Notes under the pieces: generated by a model
What the model was told of the DNA's origin: nothing
Database searches by the model: none
The model's input: the letters and a program-made list of their open reading frames with translations, nothing else
Origin: Camelus dromedarius
Lineage: Eukaryota
DNA length: 64,000 nucleotides
Reading direction: 5' to 3'
Assembly: GCF_036321535.1 (NCBI RefSeq)
Contig: NC_087436.1
Location: forward strand, 1,240,001-1,304,000
Shown: positions 1 through 11,800 of the stretch, in pieces
Layout of the letters: each line of letters begins with the position of its first letter
Position numbering within the stretch: the first letter of the stretch is position 1
Made by a program: the position numbers and the translations under genes

Positions 1-478
1 AATGGAGTTTGCAACTGAAAAGAAACTTTGTGTTCCCAACAAGCTAGTTGAAGGACGGCTTTCACACACACTTATCTCTCAGAACTGAGCAAGTGGAGAG
101 AAGTTCGTTCATCTAGCACCAAGGGAACGGGTTGCAGGAGACACTTTTTCTCTGCTTTCTCAGTCTGTTTCCTAGTGCCGGTTTGAAGTTCCTGCAGTTT
201 TCACTGTCAAACCGAGTTGGAGCTAGAACCTCCCCATATATAAGTATGGAATTGATTTGGCAACTGAAAAGAAACTTTGTGTTCCCAACAAGGTAGTTGA
301 AGGACGGCTTTCACACACACTTATCTCTCAGAACTGAGCAAGTGGAGAGACGTTCTTTTATGTAGCACCAAGGGAACGGGTTGCAGGAGACACTTTTTCT
401 CTGCTTTCTCAGTCTGTTTCCTAGTGCCGGTTTGAAGTTCCTGCAGTTTTCACTGTAAAACCGAGTTGGAGCTTGTAC

Positions 479-505
479 CTCCCCATATATATGTATGGAA
501 TGGAG
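479..505. repeat. Short dyad at each monomer junction (CTCC-CCATA-tatatg-TATGG-aat-GGAG), containing the palindrome CATATATATG (example copy)
   Basis: CTCC 479-482 pairs with GGAG 502-505, and CCATA 483-487 pairs with TATGG 494-498. Confidence 0.75.
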
Positions 506-996
506 TTTGCAACTGAAAAGAAACTTTGTGTTCCCAACAAGCTAGGTGAAGGACGGCTTTCACACACACTTATCTCTCAGAACTGATCAAGTGGAGAGAC
601 GTTCGTTCATCTAGCACCAAGGGAACGGGTTGCAGGAGACACTTTTTCTCTACTTTCTCAGTCTGTTTCCTAGTGCCGGTTTGAAGTTCCTGCAGTTTTC
701 ACTGTAAAACCGAGTTGGAGCTTCTACCTCCCCATATATATGTATGGAATGGAGTTTGCAACTGAAAAGAAACTTTGTGTTCCCAACAAGCTAGGTGAAG
801 GACGGCTTTCACACACACTTATCTCTCAGAACAGAGCAAGTGGAGAGACGTTCGTTCATCTAGCACCAAGGGAACGGGTTGCAGGAGACACTTTTTCTCT
901 GCTTTCTCAGTCTGTTTCCTAGTGCCGGTTTGAAGTTCCTGCAGTTTTCACTGTGAAACCGAGTTGGAGATAGTACCTCCCCATATATATGTATGG

Positions 997-1991
997 AATG
1001 GAGTTTGCAACTGAAAAGAAACTTTGTGTTCCCAACAAGCTAGTTGAAGGACGGCTTTCACACACACATATCTCTCAGAACTGAGCAAGTGGAGAGACGT
1101 TCGTTCATCTAGCACCAAGGGAACGGGTTGCAGGTGACACTTTTTCTCTGCTTCCTCAGTCTGTTTCCTAGTGCCGGTTTGAAGTTCGTGCAGTTTTCAC
1201 TGTAAAACCGAGTTGGAGCTTGTACCTCCCCATATATATGTATGGAATGGAGTTTGCAACTGAAAAGAAACTTTGTGTTCCCAACAAGCTAGGTGAAGGA
1301 CGGCTTTCACACACACTTATCTCTCAGAACTGAGCAAGTGGAGAGACGTTCGTTCATCCAGCACCAAGGGAACGGGTTGCAGGAGACACGTTTTCTCTGC
1401 TTTCTCAGTCTGTTTCCTAGTGCCGGTTTGAAGTTCCTGCAGTTATCACTGTAAAACCGAGTTGGAGCTTGTACCTCCCCATATATATGTATGGAATCGA
1501 GTTTGCAACTGAAAAGAAACTTTGTGTTCCCAACAAGCTAGTTGAAGGACGGCTTTCACACACACATATCTCTCAGAACTGAGCAAGTGGAGAGACGTTC
1601 GTTCATCTAGCACCAAGGGAACGGGTTGCAGGTGACACTTTTTCTCTGCTTCCTCAGTCTGTTTCCTAGTGCCGGTTTGAAGTTCGTGCAGTTTTCACTG
1701 TAAAACCGAGTTGGAGCTTGTACCTCCCCATATATATGTATGGAATGGAGTTTGCAACTGAAAAGAAACTTTGTGTTCCCAACAAGCTAGGTGAAGGACG
1801 GCTTTCACACACACTTATCTCTCAGAACTGAGCAAGTGGAGAGACGTTCGTTCATCCAGCACCAAGGGAACGGGTTGCAGGAGACACGTTTTCTCTGCTT
1901 TCTCAGTCTGTTTCCTAGTGCCGGTTTGAAGTTCCTGCAGTTATCACCGAAAACCGAGTTGGAGCTTGTACCTACCCATATATATGTATGG
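997..1991 (+). repeat. Tandem dimer duplication (2 x 2 monomers)
   Basis: Monomer type A (AGTTG, CACATA, GGTGAC, CTTCCTC, TTCGTG) followed by type B (CATCCA, CACGTT, GTTATC) occurs twice, 498 bp apart. Confidence 0.9.
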
Positions 1992-2746
1992 AATGGAGTT
2001 TGCAACTGAAAAGAAACTTTGTGTTCCCAACAAGCTAGGTGAAGGACGGCTTTCACACACACATATCTCTCAGAACTGAGCAAGTGGAGAGACGTTCGTT
2101 CATCTAGCACCAAGGGAACGGGTTGCAGGAGACACTTTTTCTCTGCTTTCTCAGTGTGTTTCCTAGTGCCGGTTTGAAGTTCCTGCAGTTTTCACTGTAA
2201 AACCGAGTTGGAGCTAGTACCTCCCCATATATATGTATGGAATGGAGTTTGCAACTGAAAAGAAACTTTGTGTTCCCAACAAGCTAGTTGAAGGACGGCT
2301 TTCACACACACTTATCTCTCAGAACTGAGCAAGTGGAGAGAAGTTCGTTCATCTAGCACCAAGGGAACGGGTTGCAGGAGACACTTTTCTCTGCTTTCTC
2401 AGTCTGTTTCCTAGTGCCGGTTTGAAGTTCCTGCAGTTTTCACTGTCAAACCGAGTTGGAGCTAGTACCTCCCCATATATATGTATGGAATTGAGTTGGC
2501 AACTGAAAAGAAACTTTGTGTTCCCAACAAGCTAGTTGAAGGACGGCTTTCACACACACTTATCTCTCAGAACTGAGCAAGTGGAGAGACGTTCGTTCAT
2601 GTAGCACCAAGGGAACGGGTTGCAGGAGACAATTTTTCTCTGCTTCCTCAGTCTGTTTCCTAGTGCCGGTTTGAAATTCCTGCAGTTTTCACTGTCAAAC
2701 CGAGTTGGAGCTAGTACCTCCCCATATATATGTATGGAATGGAGTT

Positions 2747-2873
2747 TGCAACTGAAAAGAAACTTTGTGTTCCCAACAAGCTAGGTGAAGGACGGCTTTC
2801 ACACACACTTATCTCTCAGAACTGAGCAAGTGGAGAGACGTTCGTTCATCTAGCACCAAGGGAACGGGTTGCA
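2747..2873. repeat. Imperfect inverted repeat within every monomer (monomer positions 10-136; example copy)
   Basis: Nested complementary pairs: TGCAAC/GTTGCA, GTTCCC/GGGAAC, GCTAG/CTAGC, GTGAA/TTCAT, GGACG/CGTTC, CTTTC/GAGAG, CACTT/AAGTG and CTCAG/CTGAG around a central AA. Confidence 0.85.
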
Positions 2874-5800
2874 GGAGACACTTTTTCTCTGCTTTCTCAG
2901 TCTGTTTCCTAGTGCCGGTTTGAAGTTCCTGCAGTTTTCACTGTCAAACCGAGTTGGAGCTAGTACCACCCCTTATATATGTATGGAATGGAGTTTGCAA
3001 CTGAAAAGAAACTTTGTGTTCCCAACAAGCTAGGTGAAGGACGGCTTTCACACACACTTATCTCTCAGAACTGAGCAAGTGGAGAGACGTTCGTTCATCT
3101 AGCACCAAGGGAACGGGTTGCAGGAGACACTTTTTCTCTGCTTTCTCAATCTGTTTCCTAGTGCCGGTTTGAAGTTCCTGCAGTTTTCACTGTCAAACCG
3201 AGTTGGAGCTAGTTCCTCCCCATATATATGTATGGAATGGAGTTTGCAACTGAAAACAAACTTTGTGTTCCCAACAAGCTAGGTGAAGGACGGCTTTCAC
3301 ACACACTTATCTCTCAGAACTGAGCAAGTGGAGAGACGTTCGTTCATCTAGCACCAAGGGAACGGGTAGCAGGAGACACTTTTTCTCTGCTTTCTCAGTC
3401 TGTTTCCTAGTGCCGGTTTGAAGTTCCTGCAGTTTTCACTGTAAAACCGAGTTGGAGCTAGTACCTCCCCAAATATATGTATGGAATGGAGTTTGCAACT
3501 GAAAAGAAACTTTGTGTTCCCAACAAGCTAGGTGAAGGACGGCTTTCACACACATTTATCTCTCAGAACTGAGCAAGTGGAGAGACGTTCGTTCATGTAG
3601 CACCAAGGGAACGGGTTGCAGGAGACACATTTTCTCTGCTTTCTCAGTCTGTTTCCTAGTGCCTGTTAGAAGTTCCTGCAGTTTTCACTGTCAAACCGAG
3701 TTGGAGCTAGTACCTCCTCATATATATGTATGGAATGGAGTTTGCAACTGAAAAGAAACTTTGTGTTCCCAACAAGCTAGGTGAAGGACGGCTTTCACAC
3801 ACACTTATCTCTCAGAACTGAGCAAGTGGAGAGACGTTCGTTCATCTAGCACCAAGGGAACGGGTTGCAGGTGACACTTTTTCTCTGCTTTCTCAGTCTA
3901 TTTCCTAGTGCCGTTTTGAAGTTCCTGCAGTTTTCACTGTCAAACCGTGTTGGAGCTAGTACCTCCCCTTATATATGTATGAATGGACTTGGCAACTGAA
4001 AAGAAACTTTGTGTTCCCAACAAGCTAGGTGAAGGACGGCTTTCACACACACTTATCTCTCAGAACTGAGCAAGTGGAGAGACGTTCGTTCATCTAGCAC
4101 CAAGGGAACGGGTTGCAGGAGACACTTTTTCTCTGCTTTCTCAGTGTGTTTCCTAGTGCCGGTTTGAAGTTCCTGCAGTTTTCACTGTAAAACCGAGTTG
4201 GAGCTAGTACCTCCCCATATATATGTATGGAATGGAGTTTGCAACTGAAAAGAAACTTTGTGTTCCCAACAAGCTAGTTGAAGGACGGCTTTCACACACA
4301 CTTATCTCTCAGAACTGAGCAAGTGGAGAGAAGTTCGTTCATCTAGCACCAAGGGAACGGGTTGCAGGAGACACTTTTTCTCTGCTTTCTCAGTCTGTTT
4401 CCTAGTGCCGGTTTGAAGTTCCTGCAGTTTTCACTGTCAAACCGAGTTGGAGCTTGTACCTCCCCATATATATGTATGGAATGGAGTTTGCAACTGAAAA
4501 GAAACTTTGTGTTCCCAACAAGCTAGGTGAAGGACGGCTTTCACACACACTTATCTCTCAGAACTGATCAAGTGGAGAGACGTTCGTTCATCTAGCACCA
4601 AGGGAACGGGTTGCAGGAGACACTTTTTCTCTACTTTCTCAGTCTGTTTCCTAGTGCCGGTTTGAAGTTCCTGCAGTTTTCACTGTAAAACCGAGTTGGA
4701 GCTTCTACCTCCCCATATATATGTATGGAATGGAGTTTGCAACTGAAAAGAAACTTTGTGTTCCCAACAAGCTAGGTGAAGGACGGCTTTCACACACACT
4801 TATCTCTCAGAACAGAGCAAGTGGAGAGACGTTCGTTCATCTAGCACCAAGGGAACGGGTTGCAGGAGACACTTTTTCTCTGCTTTCTCAGTCTGTTTCC
4901 TAGTGCCGGTTTGAAGTTCCTGCAGTTTTCACTGTGAAACCGAGTTGGAGCTAGTACCTCCCCATATATATGTATGGAATGGAGTTTGCAACTGAAAAGA
5001 AACTTTGTGTTCCCAACAAGCTAGTTGAAGGACGGCTTTCACACACACATATCTCTCAGAACTGAGCAAGTGGAGAGACGTTCGTTCATCTAGCACCAAG
5101 GGAACGGGTTGCAGGTGACACTTTTTCTCTGCTTCCTCAGTCTGTTTCCTAGTGCCGGTTTGAAGTTCGTGCAGTTTTCACTGTAAAACCGAGTTGGAGC
5201 TTGTACCTCCCCATATATATGTATGGAATGGAGTTTGCAACTGAAAAGAAACTTTGTGTTCCCAACAAGCTAGGTGAAGGACGGCTTTCACACACACTTA
5301 TCTCTCAGAACTGAGCAAGTGGAGAGACGTTCGTTCATCCAGCACCAAGGGAACGGGTTGCAGGAGACACGTTTTCTCTGCTTTCTCAGTCTGTTTCCTA
5401 GTGCCGGTTTGAAGTTCCTGCAGTTATCACTGTAAAACCGAGTTGGAGCTTGTACCTCCCCATATATATGTATGGAATGGAGTTTGCAACTGAAAAGAAA
5501 CTTTGTGTTCCCAACAAGCTAGGTGAAGGGCGGCTTTCACACACATATATCTCTCAGAACTGAGCAAGTGGAGAGACGTTCGTTCATCTAGCACCAAGGG
5601 AACGGGTTGCAGGAGACACTTTTTCTCTGCTTTCTCAGTGTGTTTCCTAGTGCCGGTTTGAAGTTCCTGCAGTTTTCACTGTAAAACCGAGTTGGAGCTA
5701 GTACCTCCCCATATATATGTATGGAATGGAGTTTGCAACTGAAAAGAAACTTTGTGTTCCCAACAAGCTAGTTGAAGGACGGCTTTCACACACACTTATC

Positions 5801-8800
5801 TCTCAGAACTGAGCAAGTGGAGATTCGTTCCTTCATCTAGCACCAAGGGAACGGGTTGCAGGAGACACTTTTTCTCTGCTTTCTCAGTCTGTTTCCTAGT
5901 GCCGGTTTGAAGTTCCTGCAGTTTTCACTGTAAAACCGAGTTGGAGCTAGTACCTCCCCATATATATGTATGGAATTGAGTTGGCAACTGAAAAGAAACT
6001 TTGTGTTCCCAACAAGCTAGTTGAAGGACGGCTTTCACACACACTTATCTCTCAGAACTGAGCAAGTGGAGAGACGTTCGTTCATGTAGCACCAAGGGAA
6101 CGGGTTGCAGGAGACACTTTTTCTCTGCTTCCTCAGTCTGTTTCCTAGTGCCGGTTTGAAATTCCTGCAGTTTTCACTGTCAAACCGAGTTGGAGCTAGT
6201 ACCTCCCCATATATATGTATGGAAAGGAGTTTGCAACTGAAAAGAAACTTTGTGTTCCCAACAAGCTAGGTGAAGGACGGCTTTCACACACACTTATCTC
6301 TCAGAACTGAGCTAGTGGAGAGACGTTCGTTCATCTAGCACCAAGGGAACGGGTTGCAGGGGACACTTTTTCTCTGCTTTCTCAGTCTGTTTCCTAGTGC
6401 CTGTTTGAAGTTCCTGCAGTTTTCACTGTCAAACCGAGTTGGAGCTAGTACCTCCCCATATATATGTATGGAATGGAGTTTGCAACTGAAAAGAAACTTT
6501 GTGTTCCCAACAAGCTAGGTGAAGGACGGCTTTCACACACACTTATCTCTCAGAACTGAGCAAGTGGAGAGACGTTCGTTCATCTAGCACCAAGGGAACG
6601 GGTTGCAGGAGACACTTTTTCTCTGCTTTCTCAATCTGTTTCCTAGTGCCGGTTTGAAGTTCCTGCAGTTTTCACTGTCAAACCGAGTTGGAGGTAGTTC
6701 CTCCCCATATATATGTATGGAATGGAGTTTGCAACTGAAAACAAACTTTGTGTTCCCAACAAGCTAGGTGAAGGACGGCTTTCACACACACTTATCTCTC
6801 AGAACTGAGCAAGTGGAGAGACGTTCGTTCATCTAGCACCAAGGGAACTGGTAGCAGGAGACACTTTTTCTCTGCTTTCTCAGTCTGTTTCCTAGCGCCG
6901 GTTTGAAGTTCCTGCAGTTTTCACTGTAAAACCGAGTTGGAGCTAGTACCTCCCCATATATATGTATGGAATGGAGTTTGCAACTGAAAAGAAACTTTGT
7001 GTTCCCAACAAGCTAGGTGAAGGGCGGCTTTCACACACATTTATCTCTCAGAACTGAGCAAGTGGAGAGACGTTCGTTCATGTAGCACCAAGGGAACGGG
7101 TTGCAGGAGACACATTTTCTCTGCTTTCTCAGTCTGTTTCCTAGTGCCTGTTAGAAGTTCCTGCAGTTTTCACTGTCAAACCGAGTTGGAGCTAGTACCT
7201 CCCCATATATATGTATGGAATGGAGTTTGCAACTGAAAAGAAACTTTGTGTTCCCAACAAGCTAGGTGAAGGACGGCTTTCACACACACTTATCTCTCAG
7301 AACTGAGCAAGTGGAGAGACGTTCGTTCATCTAGCACCAAGGGAACGGGTTGCAGGTGACACTTTTTCTCTGCTTTCTCAGTCTATTTCCTAGTGCCGTT
7401 TTGAAGTTCCTGCAGTTTTCACTGTCAAACCGTGTTGGAGCTAGTACCTCCCCTTATATATGTATGAATGGACTTGGCAACTGAAAAGAAACTTTGTGTT
7501 CCCAACAAGCTAGGTGAAGGACGGCTTTCACACACACTTATCTCTCAGAACTGAGCAAGTGGAGAGACGTTCGTTCATCTAGCACCAAGGGAACGGGTTG
7601 CAGGAGACACTTTTTCTCTGCTTTCTCAGTGTGTTTCCTAGTGCCGGTTTGAAGTTCCTGCAGTTTTCACTGTAAAACCGAGTTGGAGCTAGTACCTCCC
7701 CATATATATGTATGGAATGGAGTTTGCAACTGAAAAGAAACTTTGTGTTCCCAACAAGCTAGTTGAAGGACGGCTTTCACACACACTTATCTCTCAGAAC
7801 TGAGCAAGTGGAGAGAAGTTCGTTCATCTAGCACCAAGGGAACGGGTTGCAGGAGACACTTTTTCTCTGCTTTCTCAGTCTGTTTCCTAGTGCCGGTTTG
7901 AAGTTCCTGCAGTTTTCACTGTAAAACCGAGTTGGAGCTAGTACCTCCCCATATATATGTATGGAATGGAGTTTGCAACTGAAAAGAAACTTTGTGTTCC
8001 CAACAAGCTAGGTGAAGGACGGCTTTCACACACACTTATCTCTCAGAACTGAGCAAGTGGAGAGACGTTCGTTCATCTAGCACCAAGGGAACGGGTTTAG
8101 GGGACACTTTTTCTCTGCTTTCTCAGTCTGTTTCCTAGTGCCTGTTTGAAGTTCCTGCAGTTTTCACTGTCAAACCGAGTTGGAGCTAGTACCTCCCCAT
8201 ATATATGTATGGAATGGAGTTTGCAACTGAAAAGAAACTTTGTGTTCCCAACAAGCTAGGTGAAGGACGGCTTTCACACACACTTATCTCTCAGAACTGA
8301 GCAAGTGGAGAGACGTTCGTTCATCTAGCACCAAGGGAACGGGTTGCAGGAGACACTTTTTCTCTGCTTTCTCAATCTGTTTCCTAGTGCCGGTTTGAAG
8401 TTCCTGCAGTTTTCACTGTCAAAACGAGTTGGAGCTAGTTCCTCCCCATATATATGTATGGAATGGAGTTTACAACTGAAAACAAACTTTGTGTTCCCAA
8501 CAAGCTAGGTGAAGGACGGCTTTCACACGCACTTATCTCTCAGAACTGAGCAAGTGGAGAGACGTTCGTTCATCTAGCACCAAGGGAACGGGTAGCAGGA
8601 GACACTTTTTCTCTGCTTTCTCAGTCTGTTTCCTAGTGCCGGTTTGAAGTTCCTGCAGTTTTCACTGTAAAACCGAGTTGGAGCTAGTACCTCCCCATAT
8701 ATATGTATGGAATGGAGTTTGCAACTGAAAAGAAACTTTGTGTTCCCAACAAGCTAGGTGAAGGACGGCTTTCACACACATTTATCTCTCAGAACTGAGC

Positions 8801-11800
8801 AAGTGGAGAGACGTTCGTTCATGTAGCACCAAGGGAACGGTTTGCAGGAGACACATTTTCTCTGCTTTCTCAGTCTGTTTCCTAGTGCCTGTTAGAAGTT
8901 CCTGAAGTTTTCACTGTCAAACCGAGTTGGAGCTAGTACCTCCCCATATATATGTATGGAATGGAGTTTGCAACTGAAAAGAAACTTTGTGTTCCCAACA
9001 AGCTAGGTGAAGGACGGCTTTCACACACACTTATCTCTCAGAACTGAGCAAGTGGAGAGACGTTCGTTCATCTAGCACCAAGGGAACGGGTTGCAGGTGA
9101 CACTTTTTCTCTGCTTTCTCAGTCTATTTCCTAGTGCCGTTTTGAAGTTCCTGCAGTTTTCACTGTCAAACCGTGTTGGAGCTAGTACCTCCCCTTATAT
9201 ATGTATGAATGGAGTTGGCAACTGAAAAGAAACTTTGTGTTCCCAACAAGCAAGGTGAAGGACGGCTTTCACACACACTTATCTCTCAGAACTGAGCAAG
9301 TGGAGAGACGTTCGTTCATCTAGCACCAAGGGAACGGGTTGAAGGAGACACTTTTTCTCTGCTTTCTCAGTGTGTTTCCTAGTGCCGGTTTGAAGTTCCT
9401 GCAGTTTTCACTGTAAAACCGAGTTGGAGCTATTACCTCCCCATATATATGTATGGAATGGAGTTTGCAACTGAAAAGAAACTTTGTGTTCCCAACAAGC
9501 TAGTTGAAGGACGGCTTTCACACACACTTATCTCTCAGAACTGAGCAAGTGGAGAGAAGTTCGTTCATCTAGCACCAAGGGAACGGGTTGCAGGAGACAC
9601 TTTTTCTCTGCTTTCTCAGTCTGTTTCCTAGTGCCAGTTTGAAGTTCCTGCAGTTTTCACTGTCAAACCGAGTTGGAGCTAGAACCTCCCCATATATATG
9701 TATGGAATTGATTTGGCAACTGAAAAGAAACTTTGTGTTCCCAACAAGGTAGTTGAAGGACGGCTTTCACACACACTTATCTCTCAGAACTGAGCAAGTG
9801 GAGAGACGTTCTTTTATGTAGCACCAAGGGAAGGGGTTGCAGGAGACACTTTTTCTCTGCTTCCTCAGTCTCTTTCCTAGTGCCGGTTTGAAGTTCCTGC
9901 AGTTTTCACTGTAAAATCGAGTTGGAGCTTGTACCTCCCCATATATATGTATGGAATGGAGTTTGCAACTGAAAAGGAACTTTGTGTTCCCAACAAGCTA
10001 GGTGAAGGACGGCTTTCACACACATTTATCTCTCAGAACTGAGCAAGTGGAGAGACGTTCGTTCATGTAGCACCAAGGGAACGGGTTGCAGGAGACACTT
10101 TTTCTCTGCTTTCTCAGTCTGTTTCCTAGTGCCTGTTAGAAGTTCCTGCAGTTTTCACTGTGAATCAGTGTTGGAGCTAGTACCTCCCCATATATATGTA
10201 TGGAATGGAGTTTGCAACTGAAAAGAAACTTTGTGTTCCCAACAAGCTAGGTGAAGGACGGCTTTCACACACACTTATCTCTCAGAACTGAGCAAGTGGA
10301 GAGACGTTCGTTCATCTAGCACCAAGGGAACGGGTTGCAGGTGACACTTTTTCTCTGCTTTCTCAGTCTATTTCCTAGTGCCGTTTTGAAGTTCCTGCAG
10401 TTTTCACTGTCAAACCGTTTTGGAGCTAGTACCTCCCCATATATATTTATGGAATGGAGTTTGCAACTGAAAAGAAACTTTGTGTTCCCAACAAGCTAGT
10501 TGAAGGACGGCTTTCACACACACATATCTCTCAGAACTGAGCAAGTGGAGAGACGTTCGTTCATCTAGCACCAAGGGAACGGGTTGCAGGTGACACGTTT
10601 TCTCTGCTTCCTCAGTCTGTTTCCTAGTGCCGGTTTGAAGTTCCTGCAGTTATCACTGTAAAACCGAGTTGGAGCTTGTACCTCCCCATATATATGTATG
10701 GAATGGAGTTTGCAACTGAAAAGAAACTTTGTGTTCCCAACAAGCTAGGTGAAGGACGGCTTTCACACACACATATCTCTCAGAACTGAGCAAGTGGAGA
10801 GCCGTTCGTTCATCTAGCACCAAGGGAACGGGTTGCAGGAGACACTTTTTCTCTGCTTTCTCAGTGTGTTTCCTAGTGCCGGTTTGAAGTTCCTGCAGTT
10901 TTCACTGTAAAACCGAGTTGGAGCTAGTACCTCCCCATATATATGTATGGAATGGAGTTTGCAACTGAAAAGAAACTTTGTGTTCCCAACAAGCTAGTTG
11001 AAGGACGGCTTTCACACACACTTATCTCTCAGAACTGAGCAAGTGGAGAGAAGTTCGTTCATCTAGCACCAAGGGAACGGGTTGCAGGAGACACTTTTTC
11101 TCTGCTTTCTCAGTCTGTTTCCTAGTGCCGGTTTGAAGTTCCTGCAGTTTTCACTGTCAAACCGAGTTGGAGCTAGAACCTCCCCATATATATGTATGGA
11201 ATTGATTTGGCAACTGAAAAGAAACTTTGTGTTCCCAACAAGGTAGTTGAAGGACGGCTTTCACACACACTTATCTCTCAGAACTGAGCAAGTGGAGAGA
11301 CGTTCTTTCATGTAGCACCAAGGGAAGGGGTTGCAGGAGACACTTTTTCTCTGCTTCCTCAGTCTCTTTCCTAGTGCCGGTTTGAAGTTCCTGCAGTTTT
11401 CACTGTAAAATCGAGTTGGAGCTTGTACCTCCCCATATATATGTATGGAATGGAGTTTGCAACTGAAAAGAAACTTTGTGTTCCCAACAAGCTAGGTGAA
11501 GGACGGCTTTCACACACACTTATCTCTCAGAACTGAGCAAGTGGAGAGACTTTCATTCATGTAGCACAAAGGGAACGGGTTGCAGGAGACACTATTTCTC
11601 TGCTTTCTCAGTCTGTTTCCTAGTGCCGGTTTGAAGTTCCTGCAGTTTTCACTCTCAAACAGAGTTGGAGCTAGTACCTCCCCATATATATGTATGGAAT
11701 TGAGTTGGCAACTGAAAAGAAACTTTGTGTTCCCAACAATCTAGGTGAAGGACGGCTTTCACACACACTTATCTCTCAGAACTGAGCAAGTGGAGAGACG

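Larger units (their letters stand above)
499..9705 (+). repeat. Higher-order block: 14-mer unit as a 16-mer copy (499-4479), a 14-mer copy (4480-7964) and a 7-mer half copy (7965-9705)
   Basis: Private variants recur at fixed offsets: GATCAA at ~586/4567 (3981 bp); GCCTGTTAGA at 3661/7146/8887 (3485 and 1741 bp); TCTCAAT+GAAAACAAA+GGTAGC in three copies; shared TATG-AATGG 1-bp deletion at ~3981/7467/9208. Confidence 0.85.

Noticed and set aside
86..192. Pol III A-box-like TGAGCAAGTGG and B-box-like GGTTTGAAGTTCC (tRNA/SINE or 5S-derived unit)
   Set aside because: Both mismatch their consensus at key positions, and no cloverleaf or 5S/snRNA similarity is recognisable.
1..249. Ancestral ~60-bp sub-repeat suggested by four CTAG sites and CACTT..CTCT..CTCAG similarity
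   Set aside because: The spacings are irregular (~69, 59, 51, 70), similarity is too low to support by eye, and two of the CTAGs are explained by the inverted repeat.
493..505. TGGAATGGA resemblance to (GGAAT)n human satellite II/III
   Set aside because: Fewer than two full pentamers per monomer; this is not that family.
1135..1170. Hammerhead ribozyme core on the - strand (CTTCCTCAG variant reads CUGAGGA-AGCAGA-GAAA), considered because some satellites encode hammerheads
   Set aside because: CUGANGA exists only in a minority variant (the consensus reads CUGAGAA), stem II cannot pair, and I found no stem III/NUH arrangement. An Infernal search with Rfam hammerhead models would settle it.
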